A DNA stretch of 64,000 nucleotides from Desulfarculaceae bacterium. Its GTDB lineage: Bacteria; Desulfobacterota; Desulfocorpusculales; Desulfocorpusculum. Made by a program: the position numbers and the translations under genes. The DNA is taken from NCBI GenBank assembly GCA_037443445.1, contig JBBIOJ010000008.1:4122-68121 (forward strand), written 5' to 3'. The number at the start of each line of letters is the position of its first letter. Position 1 is the stretch's first letter. Shown here piece by piece: positions 8,715-16,852 of this stretch. Under the pieces are notes generated by a model. The model was given only the letters and a program-made list of their open reading frames with translations. It was not told where the DNA came from and did not search any database.

Positions 8715-10286
8715 CTATTCTTTGCGGCTCAGCTTCAGGCCCTTGGGGGGCGAGGGGGCCGTGTTTACCCGGATGGTGAAGCTCTTGGACTGGGTGGCCC
8801 CGTCGTCATCTCTTACCTGCACGAGGGCTGTGAAAGTCCCCTCCACACTATAGGTGTGCTGGGTGACCAACCTGGTGTCAGTGGTACCGTCCCCGAAATC
8901 CCAGAGCACAGAGACTATTTGGCCATCGGGGTCAGATGCTGAGGCAGTGAAGGAAACCGTAAGGGGTGGCGCACCCCTGAGGGGTGAGGCCTCGGCAGTG
9001 AGACTGGGAGGCTGGTTGGGGGGCTGAACTGTTATCTGGATTGACTTGGAGGCCGTGGCCCCTGCATCGTCCCTCACGGTGAGGGTGGCAGTGTAGGTTC
9101 CTGCTGTGCTGTAAGTGTGTGTGGGGCTTTGCTGGGTGGAGCCGAGGCCATCACCGAAAGCCCAGGAGTAGCTGGTGACAGTGCCGTCGGGGTCTGTACC
9201 AGACCCCACGAAGGCTACGGTCAAGGGCGCATGCCCCGAGGTGGGTGTGGCAGTCAAGTTGGCAGAAGGGGGCTGATTCGGGGCCGTGACCGTGATCTGC
9301 ACCGAGGCCGAGGCAGTTGCCCCGTCATCATCCCTCACGGTCAGACGGGCTGTGTACTGGCCAGCACTGTTGTAAAGGTGGGAAGGATTTGCCTGGGAAG
9401 AGGAACCTCCGTCCCCGAAGTCCCAAGAGTAGCTGGCAATGCTCCCGTCACTGTCAGAGGCCGATGAAGAGAAGGAAACATTCAAGGGAGCCTGGCCTGA
9501 TAGGGGAGCCGCGGAGATGCTCAGCGTTGGAGGCAGATTAGGGGGAAGCACGTTGATCTGCACTGTGGCGCTGGCCGTGGCCCCGTCATTGTCGCTGATT
9601 GTCAAGCGGGCAGTGAAAGTGCCGGCAGTAGTAAAGGTGTGGGAAGGATTCTGGAGATTGGAAGAAGCCCCGTCCCCGAAATCCCAGGAGTAGGACACTA
9701 TGGTGCCGTCCTGGTCCGTGCCGTTGCCCTGGAAACTCACTGTCAGGGGGGCGTGGCCCGAGCCAGGAGATGAGGAGGCCGAGGCCTGGGGAGGGAGATT
9801 GTTCCTGGCGCTCACCTCGTTGGAATACCCGCTCTCATTCCCCTCTGTGTCATACGCGGTCACGGCAAAGTAATACGTGACCCCGTCTTGGAGCCCTGTC
9901 AGGGTGTACTGGGTGAGGTTGCCCACATCCATGTTTTGTTGGTAGCTGCGGGAGGAGGTCCCGTAGTAGAGCTTGTAACCGGCCAGATCAGGCTCCTGAT
10001 TGGGATCCCAGGCCAGGGTGAAGCTGGCCCCGGGGCTGGAAACAGGGAAGACAAGCCAATTGAAAAGAAAGACCCAGGACCAAAGCCAGAAGGAAGGCCT
10101 GCCTCCTGGGAACCCCGGGCCGGACCACCGGGGCCTGAAGCCATGCTGAGGCCCTGTTCCGAGGCCTTCTGCGAGAGACCTAGGAACTCCTCTTTCCCCG
10201 TTCTGCCTGATCCCCACCCCTGAGCTCCCGGGCATTTTCCTGCTCAACCCTTCCAGTCTTTGCCCCTCTGCAATACTTGCCAACAA
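8715..10286 (-). CDS. Secreted FN3 + 4x PKD-domain protein (true start probably downstream of 10286)
   Basis: FTLAWDPN...YKLYYG...YYFAVTAYD, followed by four APL.V.F...D.DG.I.SY.W(D/A)FGDG repeats. Confidence 0.9.
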   Translation of the reverse strand: MLASIAEGQRLEGLSRKMPGSSGVGIRQNGERGVPRSLAEGLGTGPQHGFRPRWSGPGFPGGRPSFWLWSWVFLFNWLVFPVSSPGASFTLAWDPNQEPDLAGYKLYYGTSSRSYQQNMDVGNLTQYTLTGLQDGVTYYFAVTAYDTEGNESGYSNEVSARNNLPPQASASSSPGSGHAPLTVSFQGNGTDQDGTIVSYSWDFGDGASSNLQNPSHTFTTAGTFTARLTISDNDGATASATVQINVLPPNLPPTLSISAAPLSGQAPLNVSFSSSASDSDGSIASYSWDFGDGGSSSQANPSHLYNSAGQYTARLTVRDDDGATASASVQITVTAPNQPPSANLTATPTSGHAPLTVAFVGSGTDPDGTVTSYSWAFGDGLGSTQQSPTHTYSTAGTYTATLTVRDDAGATASKSIQITVQPPNQPPSLTAEASPLRGAPPLTVSFTASASDPDGQIVSVLWDFGDGTTDTRLVTQHTYSVEGTFTALVQVRDDDGATQSKSFTIRVNTAPSPPKGLKLSRKE

Positions 10287-10319
10287 CCCCGATTAGATCC
10301 CCCTCTCATAGCCAAGGGC

Positions 10320-11294
10320 CTACTGTGCGGCAAAGTACCCCTCGGAATATCCGAAGCAGCCCTTGTTCCAACTGGCGGCTATCTTTATGCGGTAGCGGCT
10401 GCTGGGCTTGAGCTCCGGGGGGACCTCCCACTGGTAATAGCCCGTGTTGGGGGCCGAGGGGGCAATGCTCAAGACCTGCCTCGTACCCTTGAGAAGGGAT
10501 ATTTCCACCTCAGGGCCGCAGAAGGTCTCTGGATCCCAGATGATGCTTTGCGGGTTTGCCTTCTCCAGCAAAGTCCCCTTGGCAGGGGATATTACAGTGG
10601 GGGCCACTATCCGGAACTCCTCCTCCGAGGAATCGGCCTCCTGTTTCCCAGAGACCCTCACACTGTAGCCCTCCCCGGGCTGTACCTTCTTGCTCACGAC
10701 CCAGGAGAAGACCCCGTCGTTCTTAGTGCCCTTGGCGATTTTCCTTGCCGGAACCCCGTCTTTCAGAAGCTCCAAGGTGAGCTTGGGGTCAGAGAAATTC
10801 TCCCAGAGGATGTCGTAGGAACAGCCCCTGATCCAGGTGATTGTGCCGTTGGGATAGACGAGGGTGGGCTCCAGGCTTCCAGAGATCACGTGGAGCTCCT
10901 GGCTAAAGTCGCTTTCATTCGCTTGCTGGTCAAAGGCTGTCACAGCCACGTACCAGTGGCCTGGCTCCAGATCCACCTCTGCAGTGCAGGAGTTCCCCTG
11001 GCAGGCCTCTGTGCCCAGGGGCAAATGGTAATGGTATTGGCGAGGTTCAGAACCCCAGTAAAGGATATAGCCTGCCACGTCAGGCTCAGGGCTGCGGTCC
11101 CATTGGAAGCGAAAGCTCTCCCCCATGGCAGAGCCAGCCACAACGAGCAGGAGTGCCTGGCCCAGAAGCCCTGCAAGCCCCCAAGGGCCCCTCCTGTTCA
11201 AAATTGTCCTTGGTTTCACAAAATCGTAATTCCTCTCTGGCCCAACATCCTGCCCCACCCGATCAATCACATTTAATATCGCTAAGTTATCCAT
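10320..11294 (-). CDS. Secreted FN3 + two Ig-like (Kre9-type) domain protein, paralogue of 6851..7756
   Basis: Same architecture and shared motifs (CxxxxC in FN3, W.RGC, FCG, PNTG...W). Start placed downstream of the sigma54-like site; exact start uncertain. Confidence 0.8.
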   Translation of the reverse strand: MDNLAILNVIDRVGQDVGPERNYDFVKPRTILNRRGPWGLAGLLGQALLLVVAGSAMGESFRFQWDRSPEPDVAGYILYWGSEPRQYHYHLPLGTEACQGNSCTAEVDLEPGHWYVAVTAFDQQANESDFSQELHVISGSLEPTLVYPNGTITWIRGCSYDILWENFSDPKLTLELLKDGVPARKIAKGTKNDGVFSWVVSKKVQPGEGYSVRVSGKQEADSSEEEFRIVAPTVISPAKGTLLEKANPQSIIWDPETFCGPEVEISLLKGTRQVLSIAPSAPNTGYYQWEVPPELKPSSRYRIKIAASWNKGCFGYSEGYFAAQ

Positions 11295-11334
11295 TGTGCG
11301 ATCCCCTCTTGCTTTCTTGACTTCCCTGCAATAC

Positions 11335-11348
11335 GCAAGGGTTGTGCC
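11335..11348 (-). promoter_or_regulatory. Putative sigma54 promoter
   Basis: Minus strand GGCACAACCCTTGC, an exact GGCAC-N5-TTGC match. Confidence 0.7.
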
Positions 11349-11553
11349 CAAGGGGAAAGCTTGTTGAACCCAACCTGGGAGGTGGATGTTGGTTCGGGAG
11401 ATTCTGGTTCCGGGGAAAAGGGGGGTGTATTCCCTGGCTCAGAGCCCTTGGGAAATGCTCCAGGTCAGGGGGGAGGTCCCATTTGGGAACGCCGGGCACG
11501 ATTTTGTAACAGATTTTTCTCTGCACAGGGCAAGCAGCCTTGTTTTTCAACAA

Positions 11554-11567
11554 GGCACAAGGCTTGC
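11554..11567 (+). promoter_or_regulatory. Putative sigma54 promoter
   Basis: GGCACAAGGCTTGC, an exact GGCAC-N5-TTGC match, 36 nt upstream of ATG 11604. Confidence 0.7.
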
Positions 11568-11603
11568 ATATTCACACGGTGCGAGACAGGCAGGAGAGGT
11601 CAA

Positions 11604-11870
11604 ATGAGTGTGGAGAACGCCAAGACTTGCGAGATCCTGACCAGGCGCATATCCCTGACCCGCATCGAAAGTGTGGGACAGGACCCAAAGGGCGTGGTGG
11701 TGGGCTGGGAGTACGCCCCCCCCAGAAAAGGGGAGCGTTACGCGGTTTACCTGGGCAAGGGCCGGGTACTCAGGACCAGTGTGGTGGAAGATGTGAGGGA
11801 GAACATGGGCTCCTTGCTCATCAAGACCGCCAACTCCATCTACAAGGTGCAGTATCTCAACGGGAAGTAA
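11604..11870 (+). CDS. Small hypothetical beta-rich protein (88 aa)
   Basis: GGAGAGG RBS, strong GC3 codon bias, LRTSVV...IKTANSIY motif. Confidence 0.75.
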   Translation: MSVENAKTCEILTRRISLTRIESVGQDPKGVVVGWEYAPPRKGERYAVYLGKGRVLRTSVVEDVRENMGSLLIKTANSIYKVQYLNGK

Positions 11871-12498
11871 CCGGCTCTTCTTGTCCCATGTCCCTCGGGG
11901 CCGCAAGAGCCCTGCCCCTGGGGGTGGCCTTTGGGGGGGCAGCCCCCCTGATGGAGAAAAATTCCAACCCCATCCTCAGGCTTTCCAGGTTTCGCTCCAG
12001 AAGGGCACTCCTGGAAAGGGCCCTCAGCCCCTTTTCTATCTCCGGGGCGGAAAAGGGAAGCCAGCCCAGGGCACAGGCTGCCCCCAGCAGCACAAGGTTA
12101 GCCCCCAGGGGAAAACCTGCCTGCTGGGCAATGCACATGGCCGGCACACTCTCCGCTTTTATGCCCATGGCAGCCAGGTACCCGCCTACTGCTGGAAGCC
12201 AAAGCTTGCCCTTGCCTTTCTCTAGAAGCAGAAGGCCTCCTTTCTTGAGGTAGGCCAGATGCCTGAGACCTTCATCCTCGTTGAGTCCAAGGAGCAGATC
12301 CGCCTTCCCCTTCCTGATCAGAGGCCCCGCCTCTTTTCTGCCCAGCCTCAGGTGAGATACCACGGAGCCGCCCCTTTGGGCCATCCCGTGGGTCTCACAA
12401 GCACAGACAGGCCAACCCTTTTCCAGGCCCAGGTGGGCCAGAAGCCCGGTCACGAAAAGGATTCCCTGCCCGCCCACACCTGCAAGGAGCAGATTCAC
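11857..12498 (-). CDS. iorB: Indolepyruvate:ferredoxin oxidoreductase, beta subunit
   Basis: AGVGGQG, ETHGMAQRGGSV, ANLVLLG. Overlaps the iorA stop. Confidence 0.92.
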   Translation of the reverse strand: MNLLLAGVGGQGILFVTGLLAHLGLEKGWPVCACETHGMAQRGGSVVSHLRLGRKEAGPLIRKGKADLLLGLNEDEGLRHLAYLKKGGLLLLEKGKGKLWLPAVGGYLAAMGIKAESVPAMCIAQQAGFPLGANLVLLGAACALGWLPFSAPEIEKGLRALSRSALLERNLESLRMGLEFFSIRGAAPPKATPRGRALAAPRDMGQEEPVTSR

Positions 12499-14390
12499 CT
12501 GCCCACCTCCTCATTCGGCTGTATGGCCCCCCGGGGGCAAACAAGCACGCAGACATTGCAGCCCACGCAAAGGGGCTCCAGAATCATGGCTCGCCCCTCG
12601 GCCTCGTCCCATGCCAGGGCAGGGCACTCGAAAGCCTCCACACAGTGGCGGCAGGCTTTGCAGCGCTCTGTGAGTACCCGAGGAAGTGCGCCTTTCTGCG
12701 CGCTTCGACCCTGGTGAAGCAGGCAGGGGTGTCTTGCCACCACCACGGAGACTCCTCCCTGTTCGGAGCTGGCCCTCTGCCAAGCCCTCTTCAGTGCCTT
12801 CACCATGGCCTTCAGATCATAGGGGTCGCACACTTCCAGGGAATCCACTCCGCAGCCCTGCACCAAGCGCTCCAACGGGATCTGGTTCCCAGGGGAGCCG
12901 TCGGCCCTTTTGTCCCAGGCCGGGGTGGATTGCATGCCTGTCATGGCCGTGACCTGATTGTCCAGGAGCACCAGCACAAAGCGGGCCTTGTTGTGCACAG
13001 CGTTTATGAGCGCGGCCGTGCCGGAGTGGTAGAAGGTGGAATCACCCATGGTGGCTATGATGGGCTGCTCCACCCCGTCCAGGTGAAAAGCCTGGTAAAT
13101 GCCGCTGGCCAGGGTGATGCCCGAGCCCATGTCCAGCACGGTGTCCACCCCCCCTAGGTTGGAGCCCAGGGTGTAACAGCCTATGTCGCTGGGGTAGATG
13201 GCCTTGGGGAACGCCCTTCGAATAGCATAAAATGAGGCCCTGTGTGGACATCCGGCGCACAAGGTGGGCCTTCGGCCAGGCAGCTGGGCTTGCTGAAGGG
13301 CTTTTCCCAGCAGGTTGCTCTTGTCTCTTTTCCTGGAGGCTGCAGCAACCAGCCCCACCTCCCTAAGGCAGCTTTCCATCACCTCCCAGATCACCTCAGG
13401 GAGAAGCTCTCCCTCTGCTGGAACATGGCCGCTTGCACGGCCCAGAACCCGAGCCCATTCCTGGAGCTGAAACTCCAGGAAAGAGTCCGGCTCTTCCAGC
13501 ACCAAGACCTTCTCACAGGCCTCCAGGAACTGCGAGGCAGTCCTTCTGGGGAAAGGGAAGGGCATGCCCACGGTCAGCAAGGGGATCTCCCCGAGGCCCT
13601 CCTCCTCCAGGAGTTCCTTGGCCACCAAGGCCGGAACCCCCCCAGCCACTATTCCAAGGGGCATCCTCTTCTTTCCCTGCAAGGTACCCCTCAGCATGAG
13701 CATCTTCTCAGAGACCCTCTCCAACCTCTTGAGCTTAAGGTTGAGCTCCTTGTGCAACAGAAACCTGAACCTGGGCGTGGCTGCCCAGCGTGCAGGGTTT
13801 CGCTTGAAGCAGGCCTTCTTGAGTCTGCTGTTGGGGGGAGGGGGCTGGCCCACTGTCATGTCCTGCCTGCCGTGGCTCAGGCGGGTCACGGAGCGAAGCA
13901 TCACCGGTATCTTGAATCTCTCTGAGATCTCGAGCCCTTTGCGGGCCAGGGACCTTGCCTCCTGGGGGCAGGAGGGATCCAGCACCGGCACCTTGGCCGT
14001 CCAGGCCATGCGGCGGGAGTCCTGCTCTGTCTGCGAGGAGTGGGGGCCGGGGTCGTCGCAGGAGACTATTAGGAATCCCCCCTCCACTCCCGTGTAAGCT
14101 GAGCTCATGAGGGAATCGCAAGCCACATTGAGACCCACCTGCTTCATGCAGCAGGCGGCCCTCTTGCCCACCATGGCTGCGGCATAGGCCTGGTCAAAGG
14201 CCACCTTTTCATTGGTGGACCACTCAGCATAAAGGGGCAAAGCCCAACTGCGGCTCATGCTGATGGCTGCCGGCAGGATCTCAGAGCTGGGGGTTCCGGG
14301 ATAGCCCGTGACCACTTCGCAGCCGCCTTCCAGCAACCCCAAGGCTATGGCCTCGTTGCCCATGAGCACTTCCCTGCGCCTACGGGCCAT
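12495..14390 (-). CDS. iorA: Indolepyruvate:ferredoxin oxidoreductase, alpha subunit
   Basis: MGNEAIA, GYPGTPSSEI, CAGCPHR, SDIGCY, GDSTFYHSG, C-terminal 2x[4Fe-4S] motifs. Confidence 0.95.
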   Translation of the reverse strand: MARRRREVLMGNEAIALGLLEGGCEVVTGYPGTPSSEILPAAISMSRSWALPLYAEWSTNEKVAFDQAYAAAMVGKRAACCMKQVGLNVACDSLMSSAYTGVEGGFLIVSCDDPGPHSSQTEQDSRRMAWTAKVPVLDPSCPQEARSLARKGLEISERFKIPVMLRSVTRLSHGRQDMTVGQPPPPNSRLKKACFKRNPARWAATPRFRFLLHKELNLKLKRLERVSEKMLMLRGTLQGKKRMPLGIVAGGVPALVAKELLEEEGLGEIPLLTVGMPFPFPRRTASQFLEACEKVLVLEEPDSFLEFQLQEWARVLGRASGHVPAEGELLPEVIWEVMESCLREVGLVAAASRKRDKSNLLGKALQQAQLPGRRPTLCAGCPHRASFYAIRRAFPKAIYPSDIGCYTLGSNLGGVDTVLDMGSGITLASGIYQAFHLDGVEQPIIATMGDSTFYHSGTAALINAVHNKARFVLVLLDNQVTAMTGMQSTPAWDKRADGSPGNQIPLERLVQGCGVDSLEVCDPYDLKAMVKALKRAWQRASSEQGGVSVVVARHPCLLHQGRSAQKGALPRVLTERCKACRHCVEAFECPALAWDEAEGRAMILEPLCVGCNVCVLVCPRGAIQPNEEVGR

Positions 14391-14676
14391 TTAACTCTCC
14401 CTCCCCTGGGTTCCCATCCCCCTTGAGCAAGGCCTTTGCTTTGCGGATCTCCTCCACCAAAGCCACTGCCTTGGGCTGGGGGGGCTTCTCAAAGTAGGCT
14501 TCCCATCTCTCTGGTGGAACAAGCCTGGCCAGGACCCTTCTCAGGTTGGTCAGCCTCCACTCCCAGCAAATCAGCATCCTGGCACAGGGCCTTCCCTCGG
14601 GCTGCTGGTAGCAATAGGCCAAGGGGACTTGGTCCCCCAGCCTCGGGCAGCGGATCTCCAGGCTCTTGGTTTCCAC
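14380..14676 (-). CDS. Small Cys-containing hypothetical protein
   Basis: RCPRLG...YC...PC...CW motif. Overlaps the iorA start. Confidence 0.75.
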   Translation of the reverse strand: METKSLEIRCPRLGDQVPLAYCYQQPEGRPCARMLICWEWRLTNLRRVLARLVPPERWEAYFEKPPQPKAVALVEEIRKAKALLKGDGNPGEGELNGP

Positions 14677-14779
14677 CAGGACTCGCTTTCTGGTCTGCCC
14701 CAGGGGAAGCCTGGGCCTTCCCGGCCCGGGTTCCCTCGGGGCTGGACCGCTCGGATTCAGTTGGAAGAGGCTTCCCAGC

Positions 14780-16150
14780 TCAGGCCTTGGGTTTTGGCAA
14801 GGCCGAGATGTCCTTGAGGGCCCTCTCGATCTCCTCTTCGGGCAGCTCGTGGTCTGCCAGTTTCCCGTCCAGAAAGGCAGAATAGGCCCCCAGGTCCACC
14901 AGCCCGTGGCCGCTCCAGTTGAAGAGGATCACCTTCTGACGTCCCTCTTCCTTGGCCTTGAGAGCCTCTCTTATGACCACGGCTATGGCATGGGCTGTCT
15001 CTGGGGCGCTTATGAACCCTTCTGTCTGGGCAAAGGTGATGCCTGCCTGGAAGGTCTCCATCTGGGGCACTGCCACTGGGGTCACCAGCCCGTCTACCAC
15101 CAGCTGGCTCACTATGGGGGCCATGCCGTGGTACCGAAGGCCCCCTGCATGGATGGGCTCAGGCACGAAGGTGTGCCCCAGGGTGTGCATGGGCAGCAGG
15201 GGGGTCATGCCCACGGTGTCCCCAAAGTCATAGGCAAAGGGACCCCTCGTCATGGTGGGACAGGAGGCGGGCTCCACAGCATAGACCTTAACATCCTTGC
15301 CGTTTATCTTGTCAGCCACAAAAGGCAGGGCCAGCCCTGCGAAATTGCTCCCCCCGCCTGCACAACCGATCACCACGTCCGGATAGACCCCCACCTGGGC
15401 CATTTGCTTCTTGGCCTCCAGGCCTATTATGGTCTGGTGAAGGAGAACGTGGTTCAAAACGCTTCCCAGGGAGTACTTGGTGTCCTCCCTGCTAACTGCT
15501 GCTTCCACTGCCTCGCTGATGGCTATGCCCAGGCTGCCCGGGGAATCCGGGTGCTGGGCCAGGATCTTCCTGCCAGCTTCTGTCTCCTGGCTGGGACTGG
15601 GGGTACAGTTGGCCCCCCAGGTCTGCATCATGATCCTCCTGTAAGGCTTCTGCTCGTACGAGATGCGCACCATGAAGACCTTGCACTCAAGGCCAAAGAG
15701 CTTGCAGGCAAAACTAAGGGCGCTGCCCCACTGCCCGGCCCCTGTCTCGGTGGTGAGCCTCTTGACCCCGGCCACCTTGTTGTAATAGGCCTGGGGCACC
15801 GCAGTATTGGGCTTGTGACTCCCCGGGGGGCTCACTCCTTCGTTCTTGAAATAAATCCTGGCCGGGCTCTGCAAGCGTTCCTCCAGGGCCTTGGCCCTTA
15901 CCAGGGGAGTGGGCCTCCAAAGCAAGTACTTCTCCATCACGGGCTCGGGAATGTCTATCCACCGATCCTGGCTCATTTCCTGCTCCAGGAGGTTCATGGG
16001 GAATATGGGCGCCATGTCCTCCGGGCCCACCGGCTGCCCTGTGGCAGGGTGCAAGGGGGGCTGAAGTCCCCTGGGAAGATCCGGCAGGATGTTGTACCAC
16101 TGCCTGGGGATGTCCGCCTCCTGAAGCAGGATCTTCTTGGCTCCCTCCAT
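14780..16150 (-). CDS. trpB2: TrpB2-type PLP enzyme (tryptophan synthase beta, type 2)
   Basis: GSHKPNTA (PLP Lys), [31 protein letters not shown]. Confidence 0.95.
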   Translation of the reverse strand: MEGAKKILLQEADIPRQWYNILPDLPRGLQPPLHPATGQPVGPEDMAPIFPMNLLEQEMSQDRWIDIPEPVMEKYLLWRPTPLVRAKALEERLQSPARIYFKNEGVSPPGSHKPNTAVPQAYYNKVAGVKRLTTETGAGQWGSALSFACKLFGLECKVFMVRISYEQKPYRRIMMQTWGANCTPSPSQETEAGRKILAQHPDSPGSLGIAISEAVEAAVSREDTKYSLGSVLNHVLLHQTIIGLEAKKQMAQVGVYPDVVIGCAGGGSNFAGLALPFVADKINGKDVKVYAVEPASCPTMTRGPFAYDFGDTVGMTPLLPMHTLGHTFVPEPIHAGGLRYHGMAPIVSQLVVDGLVTPVAVPQMETFQAGITFAQTEGFISAPETAHAIAVVIREALKAKEEGRQKVILFNWSGHGLVDLGAYSAFLDGKLADHELPEEEIERALKDISALPKPKA

Positions 16151-16200
16151 GACTCTACCTCCTTTCCAGACTCTTGGTTTTTTTGACCCCGAAGGGCTTT

Positions 16201-16240
16201 AAAAAACAAAAAAAGACCGCCTGGTTCTCGCCTGCGGTCT
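16201..16240 (-). terminator. Intrinsic terminator in the trpB2 leader (probable attenuator)
   Basis: Minus strand AGACCGC-13 nt-GCGGTCT followed by a long U tract, 50 nt upstream of trpB2. Confidence 0.75.
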
Positions 16241-16852
16241 CATGGGAAGTGCAAGCCGGGAGAGGCGGCCTGCACAGGAGCTCCAGCCAAGGGCTGATCA
16301 AGAGCCTCCCCCCACCAATTGTGGTTCAGGCAAAGGGGTTCAAACCATACCAGGAGGCTATGGATCAGCGTGTGAGTTCTAGTACCACAAGGGACCCTGG
16401 GCTGTCAATACAAAAAGAATACATTTCAGGCTCCCCTCAGAGTTGGGCTCCGAGGAATCGCATTAGGCTTTGGCCAAAGAAGGCGAAGTTCCAGAGGCCA
16501 GCAGGGACACGGCCAACCCAGGCGAGCCGCAGCAGGCTGAGCGCACAGCCGGCATGGCAGCAGATTCGAAAAAAAAGAGCAGTCTTTCTCGGGATTGCTC
16601 TACCCACAGCCATTTCCAAGACTTTGAAGGGGGGCCGAACACGCATTACCTCCACTGGATTTCCCGTCAAGCCATGTTTAGTTTTTATGTAAACCTGCCC
16701 GGCAAGGGAAAAAGAGGCCGTGGCAGGCCGCTCGGCCCTTTGAACCAGTCGCACCTCCTGAAAGTGGCGGGGGCTTGGGGGCTTGAGCCCCCAGTAAGGC
16801 GGGGCCAGGGTGAATCTTCAGGGCCGGATAACAGGAAGGAGAGATAGAATCC

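Noticed and set aside
16690-16852. CIRCE or HAIR operator upstream of clpB
   Set aside because: No adequate match to either consensus.
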